A DNA stretch of 63,442 nucleotides, filler included, from Globobulimina sp. (GCA_003354225.1; 32 parts of 32 records of this genome joined end to end with filler, not necessarily neighbours in it); one strand, 5' to 3'; positions 23,913 through 35,530 are shown, numbered from the whole stretch's first letter. The notes: generated from the sequence alone by a model not told the origin. Made by a program: numbers and translations.

Positions 23913-25436
23913 TTGGTCAAAATCGTCAAACCCATCGCATATAAACGAAATAATTCAAAATCAAAACTCCTCCCTTTAACCAAATCTATCCAGGATTCGA
24001 CGCATACGAACACCATCAAAAAGCTGCAAAAAACTAAATCCAAAAAGGAACATAAAACACAGAAATTACAGCCTTTGCAAACCAGATATCGATCCAAAAG
24101 AATTCGAAACACAAAAAAGAAACTAAATGAGTTGGTAGCACAATCAAAAGATTGTAACAAAGTAAACAAACCAAACTACATTGGGACAACTCACGTATTG
24201 TATACAAAATGCAAAACGCAAACAACGAGACGCAACAAAAGAAAACAACACATAAATGACAAACAGTCCAAACCAGAGATGAAAAAAACACACATGCATT
24301 CTAACCACGGTCGATATAAACCTCACAATACAAACCGCAGCAATCATAACATTCCAAATAAGAAAGCTCGACCCTCCAAAAAATCGCGACAGTTGAAATC
24401 TATCCATGACTTTCTGTCACGACAAAAAAATAGCAAAATAAGGCATATTGGAGCCGTTCCATTCAGCAACAAAAATAGTTTGCATGTTGGAAATTGTACA
24501 CCTCGCGAATTAGTGCCCGTAGTCACTGGACTGTACAACAAAGAAAACCGCAAAGCTGACTTAGCATTACCATGCGTCAAATTCGCTGTAAAGCACAAAA
24601 AAAGAAGAGCTCACCGTTCAGATTCAGAACAGGCAAAAAACTCATTAGCATCACCGGCGCAGAGGAATATACATGAAAGCGATGAGATGCAGAAAGAAAT
24701 AAATCAGCTAATGTCGCAACGGGGATTTTGTGTGGATCATTTAAAAGCAAATTTTGATTCATTGGAGAAGTATATACTTAAATTAGATCGTGGTCACATT
24801 GCTGAATCAGACAGACAAACTGAAACAATGTTGTGTAGATTTGATAAGAATATTGTTTATCATTTACGCGATTTGAGGAAAATGACATGGAATTTGGTAT
24901 TTTTATTAAAATCAATCAGAACGCGGTCTAAATCAAATTTGAAGAACTTTGCAAAATCAAATAAAAATGCAACATTGGCGCCGGAGATTGCTAATCTAAC
25001 GGACAAATATCATGAAGTAATTGCTGCATTATTGGAAGATGGAGAGTTTGTGGGGAGATATATTTATGTCATGGCATATTTACATTTGCCAAATACAAAA
25101 TGTAATCCTTTTATGTTGCCGAAGTTTGTATTGGATCCTTTGAATCGTTGTGTCAGTTCGAACAAGTTATTAAATGCTATGAATGAGCTGCAAACTGTTC
25201 ATTTGACTCACGATTTGAACCGAATGTATAAATTGAATGAGATGGACAAACATAGATATTTGTCAGCACACCAATGGTTATTACAATTACATCAAACATC
25301 AATAGTTAATTTTAATAGAAAAGCTGTAAACTTTGATCGGAAATTGAAAAGACAGCGGAAAATGGCGGGAACGATGAAAGATTTCAGGCATAAAACTAAA
25401 TTCCCTCAATTGAGAAAATTAAACTGTTGCAGTTAA
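23913..25436 (+). CDS. Hypothetical basic protein with a helical C-terminal domain
   Basis: 507-codon ORF with no family recognised. Confidence 0.5.
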   Translation: MVKIVKPIAYKRNNSKSKLLPLTKSIQDSTHTNTIKKLQKTKSKKEHKTQKLQPLQTRYRSKRIRNTKKKLNELVAQSKDCNKVNKPNYIGTTHVLYTKCKTQTTRRNKRKQHINDKQSKPEMKKTHMHSNHGRYKPHNTNRSNHNIPNKKARPSKKSRQLKSIHDFLSRQKNSKIRHIGAVPFSNKNSLHVGNCTPRELVPVVTGLYNKENRKADLALPCVKFAVKHKKRRAHRSDSEQAKNSLASPAQRNIHESDEMQKEINQLMSQRGFCVDHLKANFDSLEKYILKLDRGHIAESDRQTETMLCRFDKNIVYHLRDLRKMTWNLVFLLKSIRTRSKSNLKNFAKSNKNATLAPEIANLTDKYHEVIAALLEDGEFVGRYIYVMAYLHLPNTKCNPFMLPKFVLDPLNRCVSSNKLLNAMNELQTVHLTHDLNRMYKLNEMDKHRYLSAHQWLLQLHQTSIVNFNRKAVNFDRKLKRQRKMAGTMKDFRHKTKFPQLRKLNCCS

Positions 25437-25830
25437 TGTGCAGTGCAGTGAAACTGAAACAAAGTTATATATACTTATTTCTTTAACAATGACCCAGTGC
25501 TCTTCTTCTCCAAGCGGTTGGATTAATTATTTGGAAAAACGATCCAAAAAATCGGGTGTTTCTCATCCTGACATATCAATGTTGTTATAATGTTTTTGCT
25601 AAATAACAGTTTGTGTGAATGTATCAGCAAATATTCCTTCTATACACTAGTGGAGCAAAATCCAATCAGGACGTAAGTCCGATTCCAGGCTCACAGATTG
25701 CAGCATAATAAAATATTCTTAAAAACNNNNNNNNNNNNNNNNNNNNNNNNNNNNNNNNNNNNNNNNNNNNTTAATTAATTAANNNNNNNNNNNNNNNNNN
25801 NNNNNNNNNNNNNNNNNNNNNNNNNNCCAA

Positions 25831-26065
25831 ATCTGACTGGTCAGAATAATATGCTGACCGCAGAGCTAAAGGGAAATTACTATAGGAATAGCATATTGGT
25901 ATGCTGACCGGTCAGATTTTCCTTCGGTCACTGCATTTCGCTGACCAGTCAGCCATCACAATTCAGGTCATAATCAACTGACTGATTTCATTCTGATCGG
26001 TCAGATTTATTTTCTGATCTAAAATTCTGACCTGACAGACTGTTGACCATCATTCTTGACCGTAC
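25831..26065. repeat. Cluster of CTGACCGGTCAG-type palindromes (likely transposon subterminal repeats)
   Basis: CTGACTGGTCAG, CTGACCGGTCAG, CTGACCAGTCAG, CTGATCGGTCAG plus half sites. Confidence 0.6.
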
Positions 26066-26226
26066 GTTTTTGCAGAAATTAAACGCAGCAAAATAATATT
26101 TTTTACTGAAACGTTAACGAAAAAATTGGTTGCAACTTCATAATATAATTTGGACAGACACACAAATAATATTACGTTCTATTGCAAAAATACTAAATTT
26201 GTTTTTTTTTACTATTGAGATCAAGA

Positions 26227-27597
26227 TCAATGGAATGTTTTAACGACCATCTGCACTTTTTCTCTGCACAGTGGACATTGTGCGTTATTCCCATTGTATA
26301 AATCTTTACATTCCTTACAAAGCGCAATATGGCCACATGGTATAATGACATGATCGCGTTCACCATCTAAACAAACAATGCATAATCCACTATCATCCTC
26401 TTCTTCTTCTTTTTCATCCAAAAACTGTTCCTTTTTCTCTTCTGTTTCTTCATTTTGTAGCTGTTTCTGTTGTTTTTGTACCGGATTTAATGTATTAAAT
26501 TGTTGCAATTCCCATTCAAAATCATATTCAATATTATTATCCCCACCATATTTTTTAGCTAATTGTTTCTTATCAATTTCTGTTTTGAATGTGTCATACG
26601 ATTCAGATGCATACCATCCTGGATTTATAATTTTAGATTGTGTTTTTTCTGGTAAATATGGCTATGTTTTTTGTACAGTATACAAATTATAAAAGTACGT
26701 TGCAGAAAATATGAAAAGTTATACCTTAATCATCGTAAAAATAGCGCTAAAGATCCACGGTGTAAACAGCAGATAGGACTTATATAACCTTTCCGGATAA
26801 TAATATGTCATTAAATTTGCGACTTGTTTTAATATTTCCATCGGAGGAATGGTAGAATACGCTAAATGCTGCAAATCGACCAGCCACACAATCTGATATA
26901 GATTCTGTTTCTCGGCGAGTTTCACAGATTTCTCGATTGTATACACTGCGGCACGCACAATGGTCCAGGCGTCATCGGGCGGCGTTTCTAATACTTTAAA
27001 ATGGCAGATCGGATGGCCGAATTTATCAAATTGATGTGTATTGTACACAGTTTTGGTTTGCAATGAGTTTTTAAATAATAAAGGGTTTATATTATCGATT
27101 TTACCGCATACTCGCCATTGTACAATATCTAATATGCATTGCTTTGCAATATCGATATCATAGTCGGAGCCAATGCAGCATGCTATTAATATTTGTATAG
27201 TGGCATACTTTTGCAAATATAAATACATGTCTGGTGTCGCAAAGATTGCATCATTATGTTTATAATTATTATCAACAATTTGTAATAATTTTGGCGTTAT
27301 TTTGCATAATTTCCAGGCTATTTTTTTAGATAAAATCGTATCAACAAAACTTCTTAATTCATTGAATAGTATCACGTGCTCTTTTGATAAAGCCTTATGT
27401 TGTTCAATATATCGCAATGTACATGTCACATCTGCATGGTATGACGTTGTAGCTGCACAATATCTCCCTGCTTTCTTTGGTGTTGGATATAATGGTTGTG
27501 TCATGTTGCAAAATACTAACTGAACTAAGTCACAATGTTTCAAAATTATTAACCATGGCACTCCCGGCGATTGAAAGGACTTTTTATGCCTTGTCAT
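26227..27597 (-). CDS. CRAL-TRIO (Sec14) lipid-binding domain fused to a C-terminal RING finger; intron 26662-26724
   Basis: DKFGHPI...YYYPERL...PWIFSAIF. After splicing, KPYLPEKTQSKI...LAKKYGG runs in frame into CIVCLD...HVIIPCGHIALC..C...CPLCR. Confidence 0.8.
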
Positions 27598-27812
27598 GAC
27601 GTTTTGTTTCTTTGTCGACCAAGTTGAAAATAAAAAAAAATTAAAAAACGAGTGGAGAAAAAAAAACGAGTCAGATTGGAGAAAAAAATTAAAAAAACGA
27701 GTGGAGAAAAAANNNNNNNNNNNNNNNNNNNNNNNNNNNNNNNNNNNNNNNNNNNNTTAATTAATTAANNNNNNNNNNNNNNNNNNNNNNNNNNNNNNNN
27801 NNNNNNNNNNNN

Positions 27813-28970
27813 GGCGGTGCCGGTGGTGGTAGAGTACCAAATCGTGATGTTATTTTTGTATCCATTCAAGAAGCGGCTATTGGTGATAGGACAAGTAGTA
27901 TAGTAACTGCGTTATTGCGGAAGCTTGGAGATCAAGAGGTTGAAGGTGGAACTGAGCATCGCTATCTGTGCGCAGGTTCAAAATCGAGTGCAGCCCGCGG
28001 CGGCGCTGACGCTCGGGTTGGACATAGGAAAATTATGGCATTCATATTTTTTCGTCACGGGCTGGCTGGTTTGGCTCCTTTGCGTATGGCCGCTGCAGAT
28101 TGGACTGTCGAGTATATTGCAGATGAAGGCCATACTAAAGGTTTTGTTATATCTCCAGCGGTAACTTTTCACGGAATAAGGGTACAATTTGGAGCAGCAC
28201 ATTTTCCATTTACTGGCGGAGATGGTTACGATGTCAAACGACTACGTAGGGCCAACGCTTTAGTAACATGGTGGGATGATCACGTTACTCAATTTGATGG
28301 GGTTTCCATCCTGGCCGGTGACCTTAATTTTAGGTCCCGACCCAACCCAGCCAGAGCCGATGGTAATCCAACTACTGCTGAATTGGCCGCTTACACTGGC
28401 CCAGCTTTCGTGTTTGGTGGTGTGACTCCAGCGGGTGGACATGCACTTGCTGCCGGTATGGGAGGTGTACCCGTACCATTTGCCGCAGCAACTGACACTT
28501 ATACATATGCTGCAGCAAACGATGAATTTCGTTGGTCGATCGCCAAATTAAGAGCTGCGTATCGTGCTGCACATGGTGTCGCAGCACCGGCTGGTTATTT
28601 AACATTTGATGAAGCGCCAATTACATTTAATCCGACGTGTAAATTAAAAAAATGGTCAGGTACGCATCCATTGAGTGAGGCCGAGAAAAGAGCGTTAACT
28701 GTCGCAAATAGGCGGAAAAATGGGGTACTACGTGGGACCATAGAAGCGGTGCGTGGAGCGGCAAAGAGGGAATATAATAATGAATATGAGGAATATAATG
28801 AGTATGAATGGAACAATATGTATGAAGCATGGAATCGTTATCGTGAGTTAGTGGAGGAATATAAAAGGGATTTATCATTGGAACATAAAAGAGAAAAAAC
28901 AGCTGAACGATTATTAAAATATCAACGACAAAATGTTTTAAGAGCAAGGGAAAAAGTCATTGATTATTAA
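27813..28970 (+). CDS. Inositol polyphosphate 5-phosphatase-like (EEP fold) protein, 5' partial
   Basis: DVIFVSIQE, TKG, AAHF, ILAGDLNFR and FDEAPITFNPT.K motifs. Confidence 0.7.
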   Translation, partial: GGAGGGRVPNRDVIFVSIQEAAIGDRTSSIVTALLRKLGDQEVEGGTEHRYLCAGSKSSAARGGADARVGHRKIMAFIFFRHGLAGLAPLRMAAADWTVEYIADEGHTKGFVISPAVTFHGIRVQFGAAHFPFTGGDGYDVKRLRRANALVTWWDDHVTQFDGVSILAGDLNFRSRPNPARADGNPTTAELAAYTGPAFVFGGVTPAGGHALAAGMGGVPVPFAAATDTYTYAAANDEFRWSIAKLRAAYRAAHGVAAPAGYLTFDEAPITFNPTCKLKKWSGTHPLSEAEKRALTVANRRKNGVLRGTIEAVRGAAKREYNNEYEEYNEYEWNNMYEAWNRYRELVEEYKRDLSLEHKREKTAERLLKYQRQNVLRAREKVIDY

Positions 28971-29798
28971 AAGTTAATATTACTTATTATTTCTTATTTT
29001 TTATATTTGTAATGTTTGTGTTATTTTTTTTTATATACTTTACGGAGGTTTGTGTTTGTTTGAATTATTCGCAAATTTGCTCAGTTTGAATTATTTCCTG
29101 AAATTTCTATTTGATACTTTGTAAATTTGTGTCATTATCACCACCTCCATTTTTTTTAAAAATTTGTCATTTGCATTTAATTTTGATTTATTTTTGAATT
29201 TGAATTTGAATTTGCATTGATTTTGATTTTATATTTTTTTTTCACCGTATGACATTCAGGCTAATTAATTCATTTTTTTGTATTATTTTTTTTTTCTTAA
29301 ACTGATGTTACTTTTATATTTAGTGTTGATTTGTGGTTCTTAATTTATTTTTTTTCATTTGTGATTTATTACCATCAACTTACTTTTTTTCAATTTAGTA
29401 TTAGCGATATTTTTATGCAATTTAACATTACAGCTGTTATGTACTATTCTTGCCAATAATTGTTAGTGAGCATTGAATGCGGGGATCAGAGCTGTGAGTA
29501 ACGATTGAATGTATGTCTATTACCAGCTCGTAATCCATCTTTTATTTTGCTCAACGATATAAAAAAAGCGATTTTCGTACACACAATTTGCATATCAACC
29601 ATAGTTATGGTATAGCCGAGAATGGCACATGAGTCACCCAAATATCTTCTTTATTATTACTTGCGACCACCCAAACACCTTCCATATCACGATCAACANN
29701 NNNNNNNNNNNNNNNNNNNNNNNNNNNNNNNNNNNNNNNNNNTTAATTAATTAANNNNNNNNNNNNNNNNNNNNNNNNNNNNNNNNNNNNNNNNNNNN

Positions 29799-31684
29799 GA
29801 CGCAGCTGAATGTAAACATGTATTTGAATATAATTTTAATAATTTCTTTAAACTGTTCACATTGATTAATTGCGAAGAATTCGAGATTCGCATAATTAAA
29901 TGTTCCAATTGTTGAGCTACAAAATTATTTAAATTTGGATGATGAAGGCTTGATTTATTTTTATTTTTATTTAGTAATTCAATATCATTGCACCATGGAT
30001 CCAAACATTGCTGCAAAGCACGGTTATATTCACCGGAAGTATGGTTAATTTTTGATGCATTTTTGGAAAACACAACAGCTAACATTAAGGCCGCTTTTTT
30101 CCAAAACTCTGAATTTAACGAACGTTGATTTATTTTACTATGATACGAAAACCATTCGGCTAGGTTTTCCTGTGAATATTCCTGTATATATTTTAAAAAA
30201 ATCAACATTATTTCTTGATTTTGCTCATCCTCCACATTGGTTGACAATTTGTGCACATTTTGTAATAATAAAGACCGGAACCATCCGTCGTCTAAGGCTT
30301 GTCGCATGAGCTGAAATGTATTAATTGTCACCAAAAATGAATCCGTTGTACTGGATATGAAGTGTCTTTGCATCATTTCATTCCATATTTGCGTGGCTAA
30401 TTTTTCATATTGAATCCGCATCAAACCAATATAATGCTCAGTATTACATAACATATCATTTGATGCCATATATACCGCAATATTTATGGCTGGCTTTGAG
30501 AAACCAGATTTGCAACAATCCAACAACATTGCTTTTAAAGTGTCTTCTCCAAATACGGATAATGACTGCTTGGATGTGGCTGATTTGTGTTTATTTAAAA
30601 ATGAGGAGCCGGTTAATTGCAAATGTCCATGATCGTCAATCATAGTTTTACCAAATTCATTGTCATCACTACTTGCAATGGATTTATCTTGCAATTGAAG
30701 CCATACTTTGTCTAATTTCGATTCAAAGCTACTTACCATACTATCCAATCTGTGATAAATTTCGTTTGTATCAATATCTTGTTGTGGTTTAACCGGTTCT
30801 TCCGATACAGGCACAGATACAGACGCTGTTTGTGTCTGTGTCTGTGTCTGAGTCACAATTGTTTGACCCATAAAAGTGGTGCGAAGTGTATCTAATATGA
30901 CATTATGATTTAAACCATAATATAACATATCATTTTGTTCGAATGTGGTTAAAAATGTGCCCCAATCCCGCAGGTTTTGGGCATGTTTCAGCTTGGCGTG
31001 GTTTTTCAAATGATTTGTAAATGAATCGTGTGTAACAAAGTGATCCCTATAATTGGTGGATTGCGACCAAATGGATTTGTTCTGCGGATTATTAGTTAGT
31101 AAACGGCGCGAATGGTCGAAATCATATCGAAACAATTTGACTAGAATTGGTATTTGAACAATGGGCGAAATGTTTTCATGATTGATATCAAACAGTATTT
31201 GATCACAATAATTTAATGAATACTTATCTTTTGCCCTCATTTTACTCGTTGAAGTTTCAGAAAATGAATAATTCCATGGCAGGTAATGTATATTTGAATG
31301 TTTGGCTAAATATTTGTGTATAATAATTCGAGCATCCATGATGGCTCCAAACTGTTTCATAAATTCATTATTAAGCTCAGATAAAAACAAATAACCATTA
31401 TTTTTGTGCAAAATCTCACAAAATAGTTTGAAAACATCCACTCCATAAATAATATTATTTTGATTTATCTGTTTTAAATGCCTTTTATTGGATAATTGTT
31501 TAATATAAATATCTCTTGCACCATTACGTGAATTCCACTGCGTCACAAACTCAAAATCATTAAAAAAGTTTGTTAAAAATGTCATCGACTGAATACCGAA
31601 AATTTGATGCAGTTTTTTTGTGGACATATAACCATCGTAATTTTTATCAGGGGATCCATTGCTTTTGATTTTAATCAGCATTTT
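29799..31684 (-). CDS. Large hypothetical protein, partial; possible LOTUS/OST-HTH-like N-terminal segments
   Basis: Open across the contig. ILHKNNGYLFLSELNNEFMKQFG resembles a winged helix. Confidence 0.5.
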
Positions 31685-31784
31685 NNNNNNNNNNNNNNNN
31701 NNNNNNNNNNNNNNNNNNNNNNNNNNNNTTAATTAATTAANNNNNNNNNNNNNNNNNNNNNNNNNNNNNNNNNNNNNNNNNNNN

Positions 31785-33060
31785 TAACACCAATAATGGC
31801 TACAAAACCGCGAGCATTGACTTTGCAAATATTGAATCTTTGGCGAATGTAGCCATGGCATTATCCATTGGCGCATTAAAAATAAAACCGAACGAATTGC
31901 TAAGCATTACAATTGCTGCACAAACCGTTGATTATTTGTATAAACATAAGAACAAACATGATTTGATAATAGCTGATCTGATTAAATTCCATTTAATAAA
32001 TATTAATATGAATGCCGTTGCTCCAAATGCAGAAAGCACTGATATTATAAATGGAAATGTAATACAATTGCAATATGATGAGAATGCGGATGATCATGAA
32101 TATGACGAGGAAGACGAGGATGAAGTGAGTATATGCGATGACGAGGAAGAGTCTGAGATGTCAATATCGCCAAATATCATAACCACAGACATCAAAATAA
32201 TCAAAAATAATGAAGATATTGATAATGACGACAATGACGAAAATATTAGCAATGATGATGCGGAGACTAAGAATAAGAATGATTCAAATTTGATTGAGTT
32301 AAAAAACAGTTTAGAAAGAGAGGAAAGAGAGTTTTTGAAATTATTGCAGCAATTATCCGATTATAACAATGAGAACAAAGAAGAAGGCGAAGAGGACCAA
32401 AGCGGAGAGTTGTTGTTGTTGCGTGAGGATGAAATGAAATTAAATGATTTGCTATTTGAGAAAAAAAAAGAATTAAGTTCGGTGAAAGTAAAATTATGTA
32501 AATTGGAGTATGCATTGAATGGAATCACTCGCGAGATCACCAAACATAAATTGCACGAAAAGCAGCAACAAATAATCAACCAAAACGAATGCGATATTTA
32601 TAATAATGACAAAATGAGCCATGCGGACAAATTGAATGTGTTAAACAAAACCAATGAGAATTTAAAAACGACCATAAACAATTTAAAAAGCAAAAAGATG
32701 GAAATTCAAAAAAAAATCCAAGATTCACAGACATGGAAAGCAGACGCAAATACAAACTGTGCCAAATATGAAAATGATTTGAAATTATTGGAAAATGAAT
32801 TGAATGAAAGTGCACTTAATTTTGAAACAAATATAAAAATCAAAATGGAAAATAAGCAAAATAGCATAAAATCAAATTTAGAAATCGAACAAAGTAAACA
32901 TTCAAAATCGAAATTATTATTAAAACAAACTGTTGATTCAATACAAGAAAATTTGATCAAAATTAATAACAAAAATAAAGAAAAAGATGATTTGATATTT
33001 TCGTTGCAAAAAGAATTGCAAAGCTATCAATCACTCCATCCATGGCTAATGACACTGTAA
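31785..33060 (+). CDS. Acidic/coiled-coil protein, 5' partial
   Basis: Long ORF with heptad composition. Confidence 0.55.
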
Positions 33061-34204
33061 TTAATTAATTATAATAACATAGAAACAGTTGAAGCCTTAC
33101 TCTGAAAACTTGCATTTTAAAACCGGACTTTACACACACACAACTTTGCCGTTATTGGTATTCTAAGATAATGTGAATAAAAAACAGTAAACGATATATT
33201 CCAAAAGATAACCCCCACCCTGGTCGATAAGTTGTATACATTTTATTCAATTATCTGAGAATTCGAAACTTTGCAAATCCAGAAACGGTTTTCTATAGGT
33301 TTGTTCTGTGTTTGTTATAACTTTTTCTTGGGTTTGCAAATCCAGAACAAAGTCAGAACAAATTTATAATTGAATTTTCGGTATACTTTTATATAATTAT
33401 CAACAGCGAAAAGAATTAATATTCAAAATGAATAACGATGCATGCCGAATGTGAACATAATCTGCGCAAAAAGGAAGGAAAATAGGTTAATAATAAAATG
33501 TTAATGGTTCCCGATGAAACACAACCTTCAATTTTGACTTTCAATGTTTTCATTTTGAATAATCTGTAAAAAACTGTAAATTCAAAGAGTTTACAGTAAA
33601 AACAGTAATTTCAAACTGAAAAGCAAAAAGTTAAATGTTACCTTTAACATTTTATTATTAACCTATTTTCNNNNNNNNNNNNNNNNNNNNNNNNNNNNNN
33701 NNNNNNNNNNNNNNTTAATTAATTAANNNNNNNNNNNNNNNNNNNNNNNNNNNNNNNNNNNNNNNNNNNNATTTTACGTAACGGAATAACGAAAGCGAGA
33801 GTGGCTACGATAGAATTCATAAAATCTATAAATGAACATACGATAACAAAGCGTAATTCCCATGTTTTAAAGGCGCAAAATGAGATATGGCAAGAAATTT
33901 CGGAGCCATCCAATAAATCTAAAACAAGGTTGTATGTACAACTGAAACAATATACTGTTGTATGTACAAGTTTATAAATATTTTGTCCATATGACCTTAT
34001 ATCGTTTCTATCTGACAGTATAGCGTTGTCATATGACAGTATATTGTTTCTATTTGTCCCTATTGTGTTTGCAAATTAATGGTATTTACGGCACAATTGG
34101 TACAAAGACAGACGCTCTACTTTAAGGTTTGCCGTACGTATTTCTGGTTTCTTGCCATATGTTTAACTTTTTAGTGCTTCTCAATGTTGAAATACTAATC
34201 ACAA

Positions 34205-35302
34205 ATGCATGATTACTGTGGTTTGAGAAATCCAGTGGACCATCAACATGGTAGCAATCACAGTGATTTTGAGCCTATTTGTTGGGATGAACGCGGAAAT
34301 ACTTTTTTTCAAACATCGACGTATTTATCATCACATTTTGCAATCGATGCACGCTGTGTTGATATAACAAATATAAATGGTAGCAAATCAGGACATTGTT
34401 TTAAACATAAATGCATTGACTACGACCCAATAAATAATATCTATAACGCAGTGCGTATAGAAATTAATGTGACTGTAATTAATTCATCACAGATTATTAC
34501 ATGTTATCGCAATCAATCATTAATGTCGGTAAATGTTTCTGTTTCAGTTGGGAGACATTTTATTATTAATTGTCCAAATATCGATGCAGTTTGTGGTACT
34601 TCATTGAAACCATTTGAATGTTTTTGGGGATATTATAATAATGATTTGAGACAATGTATATGTTCCGTTGGATATATTGGCGAGAAATGTAATATTAAAA
34701 ATATAAATGTAAGTGCTCCAACAGCACAAATAGCAGCAACCCACTCTCCAACAACAGCAACGATTTCCCGATTCTGTATACATTGGTTGCCAATCATTCA
34801 TGCAATGTTTCAGGGTGAATATATTTCGGATGGGCTGTATGAAGCCTATCCCGCTTATATCCATCATGTAAGTGAAAATATTTCGACATTTTTATATTTT
34901 TCAAGAGCAGATTCTCGTTGGCAACTTACGAAAAATAAAGATCGTTTTGAACAAAGTAATTATGATTATACTGGATATTGTGAACAATATGGGGTTGGAG
35001 GTGTTGCGCAGATTGAAACATGTGAGAATTGGTATTTTTTTGATGGAGTTGGGTTTGTAAAAGAGAAAATTGTTTATGATCCAAGTTGTTATTTTTGGGA
35101 AACAATAGATCCGACAACAAATCCAAATCAAACTACAACATCATTGCCGATATCATCAGCAACAACAAGCATTATAATTGGCAGCGACGTTGTAACTGAA
35201 CCCACTGAAACTGCAGTTGGCATAGCAAATATTCAAACTCTTTCAATAGTAAAAATATTCTCAGTATTATCGATATATTTGTCTTTAATTTATAATTTTT
35301 AA
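34205..35302 (+). CDS. Leishmanolysin (M8)-like C-terminal Cys-rich region + EGF domain + S/T stalk + GPI/TM-like tail, last exon
   Basis: DYC...ARC...HCFKHKC...CPNIDAVC, then CICSVGYIGEKC, then a hydrophobic C-terminus. Confidence 0.55.
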   Translation: MHDYCGLRNPVDHQHGSNHSDFEPICWDERGNTFFQTSTYLSSHFAIDARCVDITNINGSKSGHCFKHKCIDYDPINNIYNAVRIEINVTVINSSQIITCYRNQSLMSVNVSVSVGRHFIINCPNIDAVCGTSLKPFECFWGYYNNDLRQCICSVGYIGEKCNIKNINVSAPTAQIAATHSPTTATISRFCIHWLPIIHAMFQGEYISDGLYEAYPAYIHHVSENISTFLYFSRADSRWQLTKNKDRFEQSNYDYTGYCEQYGVGGVAQIETCENWYFFDGVGFVKEKIVYDPSCYFWETIDPTTNPNQTTTSLPISSATTSIIIGSDVVTEPTETAVGIANIQTLSIVKIFSVLSIYLSLIYNF

Positions 35303-35323
35303 ACAGATACAAAATAATGCAAG

Positions 35324-35358
35324 AAAAAAAAAATAATAGTAAAGCCCGACGCGGAAAA
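35324..35358 (-). terminator. Pol III oligo-T terminators (T4 at 35355-35358, T10 at 35324-35333)
   Basis: These are the first T runs downstream of the tRNA on the minus strand, and they occur only after the hairpin. Confidence 0.55.
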
Positions 35359-35362
35359 CATA

Positions 35363-35458
35363 ATATGCCGAGAGGCCGGACACAGACACGTGCTCTACCC
35401 ATCTGACAGGTTATTCAGATTGGTATAGCACGTGCGGGTATCCGGCCTCTCGGCATAT
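35363..35458 (-). ncRNA. 96-nt hairpin (44-bp stem, 8-nt loop) directly 3' of tRNA-Ala; candidate pre-miRNA/shRNA-like RNA
   Basis: Arms ATATGCCGAGAGGCCGGA...ATCTGA and TCAGAT...TCCGGCCTCTCGGCATAT. It has two G-U pairs on the tRNA strand and is followed by T4 and T10 runs. Confidence 0.55.
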
Positions 35459-35530
35459 GGAGAACCCGGGTTTCGATCCCGGTGCCTCAACGTTGCTAAC
35501 GTTACGCTCTTCCGATTGAGCTAGTCCCCC
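35458..35530 (-). tRNA. trnA: tRNA-Ala (AGC), eukaryotic type
   Basis: GGGGGACTAGCTCAATCGGAAGAGCGTAACGTTAGCAACGTTGAGGCACCGGGATCGAAACCCGGGTTCTCCA folds into a cloverleaf with a G3:U70 identity pair, AGC anticodon and ATCG T-loop. Confidence 0.95.

Noticed and set aside
27630-27712. AAAAAACGAGTGGAGAAAA repeats as a regulatory array
   Set aside because: Short A-rich low-complexity duplication at a contig end, with no further support.
33219-33410. Possible degenerate MITE with repeated TTTGCAAATCCAGAA
   Set aside because: Termini too degenerate to define an element with confidence.
35172-35402. 76-aa minus-strand ORF starting in the hairpin
   Set aside because: Antisense to the leishmanolysin-like gene end and runs through poly-T. 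No coding signal.
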